From positions 110,338,452 to 110,380,767 of the forward strand of contig NC_068986.1 of the NCBI RefSeq assembly GCF_001194135.2: a stretch of 42,316 nucleotides of DNA. The letters are read 5' to 3'. A model generated the notes under the pieces. It saw nothing but the letters and a program-made list of their open reading frames with translations. It had not been told where the DNA came from and did no database searches. Made by a program: the position numbers and the translations under genes. This DNA comes from Octopus bimaculoides. Taxonomy: Eukaryota. Shown here piece after piece: positions 23,761 through 35,770 of this stretch (the first letter of the stretch is position 1; the number at the start of each line of letters is the position of its first letter).

Positions 23761-24338
23761 TCTCTCTCTCATACATACACCAACACAAACAAACAAACAC
23801 ATAACATTTCATTATACAAACATCAGATAATTTAAAGGAAAAACACTCGGATTAACAACTGAAAGAGCAAAAATGTGAGACTCGGAGCACTGATAATTAG
23901 AGCGCGCGCCTTTCAGCCATAATGCGTTAAAGAATACTCTCATATACATACATACATACATACATACATACATACATACATACATACAGATATACACACA
24001 TACATGTGCCTACGTGAATATATAAATATATCCGTAGTTAGGCGAAGCGGATACCCGAGGCATTGAAATTCAAATCATAACTCAACATCAAATGGTCGCT
24101 ACAGCCTGCTGATTCCTGAGCATCTGTAAGATGGAGATGAAGAGAATGAATGTGTTGTATGCATCCATAAAACACCTCAGTCAAGTCACCAAATAAACTG
24201 CTGAAGTGTGCCGCGGAGTTTTTCTCTGTTCGTCTCCTCCCCTCGAGATGGTCTTATCTTTTATGACTTTATTTAATGATATACTGTAGTACCTCCCTTT
24301 ACGACCGTCTCTGATCACGAATAAATCGTGCCTTATAA

Positions 24339-24403
<65 letters not shown>

Positions 24404-24420
24404 ATCATCATCATCATCAT
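24339..24420. repeat. (TATC)n switching to (ATC)n
   Basis: Direct inspection. Confidence 0.95.
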
Positions 24421-24505
24421 AATCTCAATTCTGCTTCTCCTTCCCGCTGAGCGCCCTCTGGGCACCTGGGGCAGAGAAACGCAGTGCATACATTTGTAGG
24501 CCTTT
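24401..24505 (-). mobile_element. Possible non-LTR retroelement 3' end with (GAT)n tail
   Basis: A GC-rich roughly 80-bp block (…CCCAGGTGCCCAGAGGGCGCTCAGCGGGAAGG…) ends in (ATG)n on minus. I could not identify the family. Confidence 0.3.
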
Positions 24506-24521
24506 AGAATAATCACACCAG

Positions 24522-24812
24522 ATTATTCATTTACAAACTCTTTTGATAAAGAAAATAAAACGACAGAAAAAGGAAAAAAAAAGTAAAATATAAAAGTAAG
24601 CAAAGAAAATAGAGGGCAAACAAGGAAATAAAATCGACAGTGACAATAATCTTCTCAATACATGTGACCCACCAACTCAATACAATCTTCTGCACTTCCT
24701 GCGTGGATGGCAATCGAGGGACCACTTCCCCAAAATTATCTATTACTCCATTGTTTATTTCAGTTTCTCCCACAGTTGCCGGTATTTTAACTGTCCTGAG
24801 ACGCCATCTTAG
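24522..24812 (-). mobile_element. Possible second R4/Dong-type 3' end
   Basis: RWRLRTVKIPATVGE...PRLPSTQEVQKIVL resembles the R4 C-terminus pattern (MW.LKT..IPV.VGALG...P.LQEIQKIVL). It ends in GAATAAT. Confidence 0.45.
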
Positions 24813-25302
24813 CTCCTACTACTGCGTGGTATTATTAAATGTTGTTTAGTTTTGACTTTTGTCTTGTACTTGAGAAAATCATAAATATGTGTGGGTTCCA
24901 GTAGATAGTAGGAGAAAGAGAAGCAGCTTGGTGATCAGACCAAATTCCACAGGTCTGTAAACAGTTTCGGTAGATGGTGAGAAGGAGATCAACAATGGGG
25001 TTTCGCATTCCTGCGCGACCAGGGGATAAATGGAGTGTCACACACTTGCGGGAATCATACTAGTTTATTGCAAAACATTGTTGTAAAGTTTTGTTAGCAG
25101 TTCATGACTCTCTGGGAAGGCATCTAACCAGAAGTTAGGAATTTTTTCCTTTCCTTAAGATTTCCATTTGCTCTTGAGAGCAGATCTTACATCTTCTACC
25201 TTGATACCCTATCACTTTTGCTCTTCTAAGGAGTCTAAGTCAGTAGATATTCTATCAATCTAAGGGGCCTTTTTATTGAGTGTTTTTTTTCTTCTGCCCA
25301 AA

Positions 25303-26619
25303 TTTTATTCTAATACTCCTGCACTTCTAGTGTATGCTAATTTCGTTAGTAAACAGTATGGTGAGAGTGGGTGATAACAAGACTGCTAAAGTTTAAAGAA
25401 TTTCTCTGAGAATTTTTGCAGAATTTCGGATGGTACTCTACTTTTCTGCAGGTTGACAATGCGAGTTTCCATTTCAATTTCTTTCTATCTTTTAGGTAGC
25501 ATTTTTGTTGTGCCAAGTGCACAATTTCCTACAGGAATAATGGTTGTCTTGATCTCCCACAATATCCTCTGCTATCTGGTTTGATCCTGATATTTCTGAA
25601 CTTTTTAAATTTCTTTGGTATCGAATCTACTATCACAGAGAATTGTAAAATCTATGACCTTGTATTGTTTGTTTATTTTTTCCTCTATAATCACTTCTGG
25701 TCTTTTTGCCCCAGGAGTATAGGGTCAGAGTGTGCGGTGAAGACCCTCAGTTTCTATTACAATATCTGGTTTGTGTACATAGCGTGTTTCTTTTGTTTTC
25801 AAGCTACATACTCCCCTAACATCCTAATGGACTTGTTTTCCTGCACAGTCATATATGCCCTTATACTCCTTTTGCGCTAGCATACTGCACTCACTCAAAA
25901 TGCGATTGATACTCTTGTCTCCTTTCCTGCATACTCTACATTTGTTATCTCACTGACTTTTGGCTACAAGGGCTTATTTCTTAGCGCTAAAATTAACGAT
26001 CTCTTTTCCCTTACATTTCCCGTCCCGTCAACCACAGCGACCGATCATCACTTCCAACATTCTTGGTTTGTTATATGAATTGTCCATACAGTTTTATTTC
26101 TTTACATTTATTCATTCTGTTATTCTTCCATTCCTCTTTGAATTCTCCCACTGTTTCACTCACGATCTGGGCATCTCTACCTGCCGAAACTATTCTTTCT
26201 CTATTCTGCACAACACAACTTTTCAGACCCAGTTACACCAAAAGTGTCTTTTGCGTTTAATAATCCTTTACCACATTCCTATTATGGCAGTCAGAGTCGT
26301 CAGTCGGTATTACATTTCGGATGAAGTAGGTTGAGCATTGTTAGCAGGTTTCTGGCTCTTCGAAATTCTGCAGCTCCATTTTTCTCTATTTCAGAAAGGG
26401 AGCATAGGAACACAATACTTTCGTTGCCCATGTATTTGTGACCCTAATGATGTTTCTTCATTTAACATTGTTTTTCGCATCTTTCTAATTGTCTACTTCT
26501 ACTCTCTTGTGACTTTCTCTCACGTTTCTCTTTCCGTTATGTTACCGTCTTGTAGCACCCCTACTTATTTGTATCCCTCATTATTCCGCAGCAATCTAAT
26601 GGTGCTGCCGTATGGTAAT
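25303..26619 (-). mobile_element. 5'-truncated R4/Dong-clade non-LTR retrotransposon (RT thumb, zinc knuckle, RLE endonuclease), decayed
   Basis: Minus strand gives NEGYK*VGVLQ (like YKYLGVLE), RLP..ECGKGLLNAKD (like RLY..RKEGGRGL), KLYGQF, CRVC..DKSINRILSEC..LAQKEYK, KRPEVII..VIDFTI..D (PD-D motif), KYQD, IIPVGNCALGT. The 3' end reads GGAGTATTAGAATAA. Confidence 0.85.
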
Positions 26620-26782
26620 CTTCTTCTTCTTCTTCTTCTTCTTCTTCTTCTTCTTCTTCTTCTTCTTCTTCTTCTTCTTCTTCTTCTTCTTCTTCTTCTT
26701 CTTCTTCTTCTTCTTCTTCTTCTTCTTCTTCTTCTTCTTCTTCGTCGTCGTCGTCGCCGTCGTCGTCGTAGTAGTAGTAGTA
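26620..26782. repeat. Compound trinucleotide ladder (CTT)n to (CGT)n to (AGT)n
   Basis: Direct inspection. Confidence 0.97.
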
Positions 26783-27150
26783 TGAAAAAAACAAATCTCA
26801 AGAAAAACCACGAAAAGAAAGAAGCAGGAAAAGTACAAAACAGAAATTGGTAAACTACATAATAATCAGAATTGAGAAGAGAAAGATTTACAGAAGAGTT
26901 TATCTTTGAATATTTCATAACAAAAGAGAGTAAAAAAAAACAAACAAGTAAACTGAAAATATGTCGGAAAAGATCGTGAAACAAACATATGTAAATATAG
27001 GTTGGTGATAGCAACTGGATGTCAATGTCGAAGATAGAGAATTCCATTTTGTAAAATTGTGTAGGTGTTCGTTACAAAAATACACAACACTCACGCACGC
27101 AAGCACAGACGACCACACGCACGTGTACAGAGACGCACACATGCATCTAA

Positions 27151-27194
<44 letters not shown>

Positions 27195-27755
27195 CCATTT
27201 GAATCTGTTTCTCTATCATCACTGATTTCACTAACTTTCTGCCATCGAAATCACTCACTCTCTTACTCTCTCTATTTAAACTCACACACACAAGCACGCA
27301 TTCGGATGTATATGTTGTGCGGATGTTTGTGTGTACGTCTGTGTTCATCTTCTCGTGTATATATATATATATGTNNNNNNNNNNNNNNNNNNNNNNNNNN
27401 NNNNNNNNNNNNNNNNNNNNNNNNNNNNNNNNNNNNNNNNNNNNNNNNNNNNNNNNNNNNNNNNNNNNNNNNNNNNNNNNNNNNNNNNNNNNNNNNNNNN
27501 NNNNNNNNNNNNNNNNNNNNNNNNNNNNNNNNNNNNNNNNNNNNNNNNNNNNNNNNNNNNNNNNNNNNNNNNNNNNNNNNNNNNNNNNNNNNNNNNNNNN
27601 NNNNNNNNNNNNNNNNNNNNNNNNNNNNNNNNNNNNNNNNNNNNNNNNNNNNNNNNNNNNNNNNNNNNNNNNNNNNNNNNNNNNNNNNNNNNNNNNNNNN
27701 NNNNNNNNNNNNNNNNNNNNNNNNNNNNNNNNNNNNNNNNNNNNNNNNNNNNNNN

Positions 27756-27801
<46 letters not shown>

Positions 27802-27942
27802 TACATATATATATATACACACATATATATACATATATATATATATAAACATATATATATATACATATATATGCATACATATTTATACATATATAAATAC
27901 ACACACACACTCACACACATATATATACATATACGTACATAA

Positions 27943-27973
<31 letters not shown>

Positions 27974-28040
27974 CATCATGTACATGTATGTATATCGAAG
28001 CACACACAGTTACGTATATATGTGTGCTTTCGTATTCACA

Positions 28041-28071
<31 letters not shown>

Positions 28072-28472
28072 CTGCGTGTTTGTGTGTGTGTGTGTATGTG
28101 TGTGTGTATGTATGTGTGTATGAAGACGCACACACACAGATATATTAAGAGTATTTGTTATTACTGGACGGATACTAAGATATTAATGATTATTGATGTT
28201 TTGCATGGCTTACATTTATTCGAGTTTATTTCTGTTTCCATGGTTACGCTCACACACATAAAATAGTATAAACAACAACAATAACAACACAGATAAAAAG
28301 CAAAAGACAAGCAACAACAACAGCAACAACAATAATTCAAATGACGGCAAAAGATAAATTCTGTTTATAAATGTACTGAGATGAATGATAAAAAAAAAAT
28401 TGATCGATATTTAACAAGTGTTTGTGTGTGTGTAACAGTGTGTGTTTGTGTGTGTCTGTGTCCGTGAGCTCC

Positions 28473-28560
<88 letters not shown>

Positions 28561-28961
28561 NNNNNNNNNNNNNNNNNNNNNNNNNNNNNNNNNNNNNNNN
28601 NNNNNNNNNNNNNNNNNNNNNNNNNNNNNNNNNNNNNNNNNNNNNNNNNNNNNNNNNNNNNNNNNNNNNNNNNNNNNNNNNNNNNNNNNNNNNNNNNNNN
28701 NNNNNNNNNNNNNNNNNNNNNNNNNNNNNNNNNNNNNNNNNNNNNNNNNNNNNNNNNNNNNNNNNNNNNNNNNNNNNNNNNNNNNNNNNNNNNNNNNNNN
28801 NNNNNNNNNNNNNNNNNNNNNNNNNNNNNNNNNNNNNNNNNNNNNNNNNNNNNNNNNNNNNNNNNNNNNNNNNNNNNNNNNNNNNNNNNNNNNNNNNNNN
28901 NNNNNNNNNNNNNNNNNNNNNNNNNNNNNNNNNNNNNNNNNNNNNNNNNNNNNNNNNNNNN

Positions 28962-29006
<45 letters not shown>

Positions 29007-29263
29007 CATGAGTACCCATGTGTGCTCATGTGTATATAAGCGATATATTGTTCAAACAGTAAAGACATGAATACACACATACATACACACTTACACACGC
29101 ACACACTATCCTACTATTAGAGTACATACATCTATATGCATTTATGCAGATATTGTGTATGAATCTATACATCTACACACATATATGTTCAAAGGCACAC
29201 ACATGTACATGTATGTGTGCATGGGTGTGTACATATCCAAACAGTCACTCACTCATACACACG

Positions 29264-29322
<59 letters not shown>

Positions 29323-29954
29323 CATATTTATACATAGACGATGAAAAGAAGTGAAAGAGCGAGTGAGACGGAGACGTAGATACGCACATATTCTTTATAT
29401 TCTTCCAGTCATGCATACATACATACTCTCATACACACGCGCGCGCGTATTTACAGATGTGTATTTTTGTATGTATGTATGTATGTATGTATGTATGTAT
29501 GTATGTATGTATGTATGTACCTATGTACTGTATTTGATCATTGCACATCAGGGGTGACTGGAAATCATGTAAACTTTTCATTCTTTTATTTTAAAAACGG
29601 ACAGACATTATATCTGTTAAAATCATGTCCTAATTATTTCGATGTGTACATAACGTGGGGCCAATCAATCTACAAAATGCAGTCTCTATTCTTCCTTTGC
29701 TTGGTTACACTTTGGGCCTTTCTTCTGTCAAACGTATTTCTTTGAGGTGGAATATAAAAAAATGCAAACTGGAAGACAAAGCAAATGGAAGAAGGGGGAA
29801 CCGAGAACAAACAGCGTTGTGAGAGATTTAATCTTCGGGTTATATCAAACAAAGCACGTTGTCGGTGAGACTTTTAGCATTATAAAAGACGGGTAGGCTA
29901 AAATCGCTGCATTCCATACTACGTGTATATATATAAATATATATATATGGGAGA

Positions 29955-30073
29955 ATGTAGGAAAAAAAAAACAACAACAGACGAGACAGGTGGTGTAAAC
30001 AACAAAAGGACGTATTAGTTTAACGCTTGGGAATACAGAAAGTCTTTAACGTTTCGAGACTGAACTCACTAGC
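29955..30073 (-). mobile_element. Short repeat family B, second copy
   Basis: Minus strand reads CTCGAAACGTTAAAGACTTTC..TTCCCAAGCGTTAAACTAATAC..TTGTTGTTTACACCACCTGTC and runs into (TA)n. Confidence 0.65.
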
Positions 30074-30173
30074 CGATGAATTCGTAAGTGCCTTTTCTTC
30101 TCGTTGGTTTTTGGTGTCGCATGGCCAGAAATTACCGTGAATTTTTTAGAGACACTTTCAAATTTATCAGAAT

Positions 30174-30237
30174 ATTGGGCTGAAGATGCGGAATAGAGTA
30201 ATTTCATTCTCTTAACCGCGAAACGTTCGTATCCAAT
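30174..30237 (+). ncRNA. Candidate minimal type-I hammerhead ribozyme
   Basis: CTGAAGA (30180-86), stem II GCGG/CCGC (30188-91/30216-19), GAAA (30220-23), palindromic ACGT, GTT triplet, and stem I ATTGG/CCAAT (30174-78/30233-37). Confidence 0.65.
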
Positions 30238-31785
30238 TAACTAAAGGCAGGTTTGTTTTTGTTTTTGCTTTTCCCTCTGGTTTTTGTTCTATGTGTGCCA
30301 TAAATATCGCCATCCGTTTAGAGAAAAATTTGTAGTTTAGAATCAGTAGTTCTTTGACTGCTATTTCGAAATTTTCAGTATGTTGGAGAAGCAACTCAAT
30401 GCTAATCCCTGTATATTTATGATGATACATATATGTATAGATAGATAAGTAGATAACTATATAAATAGGTAGATTGGTATACATGTGTGTGTGTGTGTGC
30501 GTTTGTGAGTGTGTGTGCTTGCGTGTGCTTTTAAGTTTTTGCTGGGTGTTTTTGTATATGTATGTAGTATTCGTTGGTATGTTGTAGTTAAACAACTCTT
30601 GAGACTGGGTAAAGAATTTAGAGTGATGTTCTCATATGAGTAGACATGAATTAAATAGATATAGAAATAAAATTATTGCTATTTACCGTAGACAGATAGT
30701 AGATCAATACGCTGTCAGACAGACATATAGATATATTGAATACAAAGACAAACATTTAGATAAACGCACAAACACAAGGCACTCACAATAAATGTACCTA
30801 AACTTACAAGATTAGCAGACATTTTTGCTATGTATAATGCGCACACTCATATATGTATATATACATATATGTGAGCGTTTGTGTTTGTGCGTTTGTGTGT
30901 GTGTGTGTGTGTGTGTGCATATATGCGTGTGTGTATGTATGTATATATATATATATATATATCTCCATATATATATAATATATATATATAAATATATATA
31001 TATATAAATGTATATATATATATATATATANNNNNNNNNNNNNNNNNNNNNNNNNNNNNNNNNNNNNNNNNNNNNNNNNNNNNNNNNNNNNNNNNNNNNN
31101 NNNNNNNNNNNNNNNNNNNNNNNNNNNNNNNNNNNNNNNNNNNNNNNNNNNNNNNNNNNNNNNNNNNNNNNNNNNNNNNNNNNNNNNNNNNNNNNNNNNN
31201 NNNNNNNNNNNNNNNNNNNNNNNNNNNNNNNNNNNNNNNNNNNNNNNNNNNNNNNNNNNNNNNNNNNNNNNNNNNNNNNNNNNNNNNNNNNNNNNNNNNN
31301 NNNNNNNNNNNNNNNNNNNNNNNNNNNNNNNNNNNNNNNNNNNNNNNNNNNNNNNNNNNNNNNNNNNNNNNNNNNNNNNNNNNNNNNNNNNNNNNNNNNN
31401 NNNNNNNNNNNNNNNNNNNNNNNNNNNNNNNNNNNNNNNNNNNNNNNNNNNNNNNNNNNNNNNNNNNNNNNNNNNNNNNNNNNNNNNNNNNNNNNNNNNN
31501 NNNNNNNNNNNNNNNNNNNNNNNNNNNNNNNNNNNNNNNNNNNNNNNNNNNNNNNNNNNNNNNNNNNNNNNNNNNNNNNNNNNNNNNNNNNNNNNNNNNN
31601 NNNNNNNNNNNNNNNNNNNNNNNNNNNNNNNNNNNNNNNNNNNNNNNNNNNNNNNNNNNNNNNNNNNNNNNNNNNNNNNNNNNNNNNNNNNNNNNNNNNN
31701 NNNNNNNNNNNNNNNNNNNNNNNNNNNNNNNNNNNNNNNNNNNNNNNNNNNNNNNNNNNNNNNNNNNNNNNNNNNNNNNNNNNNN

Positions 31786-31820
<35 letters not shown>

Positions 31821-32048
31821 TATATGTATATGTATGTATACATTATAAATACATATATTTTTATTTTGTGCACAGACACGCACACACAAACACACACACA
31901 AATACATCACACAAACATTCCTAAACAAACGTGTGCCCTTCGCCTAATACTTCCAGTCTTTATTTGCTCAGCAATAGGTTTGTAAATTTCCTGGAAACCT
32001 GTTTCTCACAGGAAAGTCTCTTTGGCAACTCGTTATGATTCCTAATTT

Positions 32049-32216
32049 CTTTCTATTTCGAGTCCAAGACCTGAAACTTTGTGGGGTTTGGTTTTCAGGT
32101 TGCTTACATCGGCCCAGTACACAACTCTATATTATCGACTTTGAAAAGATGAAAGGGGGAAAGGGAACTGAAAGAGATGAATGAAATACTGCTCGCGATT
32201 GTGCCTCCTCGCCGCC
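32049..32216 (-). mobile_element. Decayed family-1 SINE
   Basis: The plus strand TTATCGACTTTGAAAAGATGAAAGG and terminal TCGCCGCC are the reverse of the family-1 body and head. Confidence 0.55.
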
Positions 32217-32276
32217 TTAAAATTCTTCAGTTGTTAAACACGGATAAAACTCTGTCAAATTACGTAGGTAGACTTA

Positions 32277-32652
32277 GCCGGTGAACTGGGAGAATCGTTG
32301 GAGCGTTGGAGAAACGGTTTGCAGTATTTCTTCCGGCATTTTACATCCTGCATTGAAATTCTGCTGACGTCCAATTTATTTTTCATCCTTTCGTTGTTCT
32401 AATCCACTCCACATAATCGTGTTTGGGGGTATGTCTTGGCCTCTACGTTTGTCCCTCTTCCACTGCTTGACGACCTATGATGGTGTGTTAACATCCCGTT
32501 ATCAAGAGGTTCGGCAAAAGACCGAAGAAATAATTACCAAGCTTTAAACAAACAATAAATCCTGGATTCGAGTCGTTCGACTTAAGATCTTCAAGGCGGT
32601 GCCCCAGCATTGCCGCACTCTATTGACTGAAACAAGTAAAAGAGAAAAGATA
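32277..32652 (+). mobile_element. SINE with family-1 head joined to the tail of the microsatellite-containing family
   Basis: The head GCCGGTGAACTGGGAGAATCGTT...TTTCATCCTTTCG is followed by GCTTGAC..TGGTGTGTT..GGTTCGGCAAAAG...GGCGGTGCCCCAGCAT..GACTGAAACAAGTAAAAG. Confidence 0.65.
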
Positions 32653-32689
32653 TCTTCTGTCTGGCCTTGTAATTGTTACTTTAGGAACC

Positions 32690-33010
32690 GCTGCCATGAT
32701 TCATTTTTTTCAGCGTGAATCTTCGTGAAGGTTGTCACGAAAAATATCTTATCTTCAAATTTGAATAGTCTTTTCGATATTGTTGCCACCACCACACTGC
32801 CATCGTCGCGCTTATTGGACATTCGATGTTTTCTCCATGGAAATTTCATTCTTCAATGCTGATCTTTCGATAATTTCCTTCAGTCTTTCCTGGAGTCCAA
32901 TTTTATTGCTTTTGTGTACTTCTTTTTTTTAACTACAACACTGATTGTCGGATCAAAAATTGCTTTAATTTTCTCTTCTATTTTCGAGATGGTGGGTCTT
33001 GGAGCCTAGC
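32690..33010 (-). mobile_element. Possible very decayed R4-type pre-RT segment
   Basis: EEKIKAIFD...KEVHKSNKIGLQERLKEIIERSALKNEIS only weakly resembles the R4 region upstream of RT. Confidence 0.25.
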
Positions 33011-33075
33011 AAGATATAAATCGAGGCATTCTCAAAGCCTCCGGAGTTAATTTTCGATTTCTTAGATTTAGCATA

Positions 33076-33144
33076 TGCGCAGGTATGGCGGTGTTGTTAA
33101 GAAGCTCGCTTTTCAACAACCTTGCTTCCGGTTAAGTACACCAC

Positions 33145-33185
<41 letters not shown>

Positions 33186-33382
33186 AGTGTGTCTGTGTTG
33201 TACCTCACCATCGCTTGACAACCAATGTTGGTGTCTGACGTCCCAGTAACATAGTGGTTTGACAAAGGAGACCGAAACAATAAGTACTAAGCTTATAAAG
33301 AATAGGTCCTGGGGTCGATTTGTTTGACTAACGGCGGTGCTCCAGCATGGCCGCAGTCAAATGACTGAAACAAATAAAATAA
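33076..33382 (+). mobile_element. tRNA-derived SINE with internal (TG)n, central segment missing
   Basis: Head GCGCAGGTATGGCGGTGTTGTTAAGAAGCTCGC. The tail CCTGGGGTCGATTTGTTTGACTAACGGCGGTGCTCCAGCATGGCCGCAGTCAAATGACTGAAACAA is well preserved. Confidence 0.88.
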
Positions 33383-33709
33383 TCATTCGCTGCTTTCTTC
33401 CAAGGAATCTAATGCTCTTAGCTGAGTTTTTCCTTGGGACTGGCCAGATTGGAGCAATATCGAGTATAACCAGCTGAAATTACAAGGATAATCTGGAACT
33501 CGGCTGAGGAAAGAAACCTTCGAATGACCCGTCCTTGTTTTTCTTGTCTCTCTTTTGTATCATCTGTCTGGATGTCTTTTTTCCCCTTTTTTGTATTATC
33601 TTACTGTCTGGATGTTTTGCGTTCTTGTCCCATTTTTATATTCCTTTTTAAATATATATATACACAGCCAATTGGAATAACTCAATTCTCGCAATATTTT
33701 TTGTTCAGT

Positions 33710-34333
33710 TTGAGGAAACCACAAAGGGTAGAAATATTGTAGGTGTAGCCTTGCACAGGAGAAAAAGGAGGAATGATGACATTATTGTCGGGCCAGTTAA
33801 ATCCTGATTATACAGGAACTCTTCTTACGAGGTATATTGGCTGTATTGTTAATGCGAGCACTTCATCCGTGGTTATTTGTAACATATACTCTTTATTCCT
33901 TGATACTGTTGGATGCTGTGCGCAGTCCTCCTGAAGAATGAAAATAAGTTTGTTTGAGCGCATTCGTTTCTTTTCCAAAGCGCGTCAGTTCAAATCCCTC
34001 CTCAATTAACCCTATATTGATTTTGTCTGTCCATAGGCTTATAGCATGGAGATCAGAATGGAGTTCAGTTTGCTCTTCTACATCGATAATTATCTGAAAT
34101 TAGCGAAGATTTTATTTTCCTGTGTTTGATGACACATTAGATAGAGGAATGCATGCACCAAGTGCTGGAGCCGACTTGAAGCCGTGGTTGAAGCTAAGAG
34201 TGGTGGCTTTGGGTAAAATGTTACATCTTAACCACAACTTATTTGACAATTTTTGAATTTTTAAAAATACTTTTTCTGTTCGCTGTTTTCATTCAATTTT
34301 AGGCAACGTCTCAAATTCAGCCTGAGCACCTTG
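33710..34333 (+). mobile_element. Decayed maT (DD37D) transposon 3' part
   Basis: NACTKCWSRLEAVVEAKSGGFG* ends at about 34226, matching the maT C-terminus. A TIR-like end CTCAAATTCAGCCTGAGCACCTTG is at 34310-34333. Similarity upstream of about 33960 is weak, so the left boundary is uncertain. Confidence 0.55.
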
Positions 34334-35535
34334 TGTTTCATTTCATACACTCTTACAACAAACCGGAGGCAGAGACTTAAGAACAGATATTACAAATATA
34401 ATTATACATTTAGAACATAACAAAGAATACATAACAACACGTGTTCTTCCGTAAGCCAGTATCAATAAATGGAAACACTTACACGAAACGCCAATTATAC
34501 AGAATCAAATATTCTCTCAACAATTCGTACCTAGAGTGGGTATCTATCCTGGAACAACAAATAAAAAATGCAGCATATGTAGAAAGAATTAATCTCTCCA
34601 CGTCCTGCTGTATGTCAGCAGATACTTAAAATCGTCATTACATTTCGAAGACGGTAATATCAAATCCCGATAGTACAAGATATGTTCATTCCGTTTTGTA
34701 TTTTCTCTTTAAATAGTTTTTCGCGTTTTATTAGCAGTAACTTTAGTGTGATCTAGCTTCTGCTGAAATCTATTGTGCCTTTCACAAGTACAGGAACGTA
34801 CTGTAAATCAATAAGCCAAAATATTCCCTAACTTACAAAAATAGTTCGTTTTCTGAATGCAGCGAAGGAAGAGAATGTAATTTTTGGGTTCTTTTTTTCA
34901 CTGTATACACAAAAGAACCACCAACAAGTGATTCTAACAAAAATTCACAGATTCATATATATTTCACTTGCACGGAAACACACTCGCAATACACAGCACA
35001 GACAGTACAAAAATACAACTATGTAAACATACATACGTGCGTGTGCGTGCGCGAGCATGTGTGCGTGCATGCGTGTGTGTGTCTGTATGTATGTGTGTGT
35101 AGAGAGAGAGAGAAAGCGGGAGACGCACGGCAACATCAGGCTTTTCTAAAGAATGTCCTAACAAAAAGAGTGGAACGCACGCCATCGTGGAACACTTCAG
35201 GTGAACATACAGACAGATGCACAAAATAAATATGGTAGCCAGAGAAAAAAACATTTTCACAATAAAAGCAGTAAAAAGGTTTGCATCGAAATATTTGATA
35301 TTGACATGAGGAATTAGAATGCAAAGCGCAACGTTAACATGAAACTTGTAATTTAACGTCTTGTAATTTAAGACATACATTTATATACGTATATATACGT
35401 GCTACCATCCACCAGAAAGAAACAAGTTGCAATACTCGGATCTAATGAGTGATCCATCAACTGGTTTTATATAGGATTGTACATAAATACCAATATTTGT
35501 GTCTGTGTTTGCTGTTATCTATATGCATGCATGTA

Positions 35536-35586
<51 letters not shown>

Positions 35587-35681
35587 TATATCTCCCTCTT
35601 CCTCTCCCGTATACATTCACACACATATATATATATATATACGCACACATATATACACACCCAAACACACACATAAGCACA

Positions 35682-35770
35682 ATACAACGCTTGTATCTGA
35701 TGACGCGCTAGCCTTATGTCTAATCTAGCGGCGGTCTGCCCTTGGGCAGGCCCTGTGCATGTGAAACGTC
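35682..35770 (+). ncRNA. Hammerhead-like structured motif with expanded stem II region
   Basis: Hairpin ATACAA-CGC-TTGTAT, then CTGATGA (35697-703), two GC-rich hairpins, and GAAACGTC (35763-70). The core is not cleanly closed. Confidence 0.35.

Noticed and set aside
29650-29900. Possible Tc1/mariner 5' fragment (KLEDKANGRR)
   Set aside because: A single weak motif with no colinear support.
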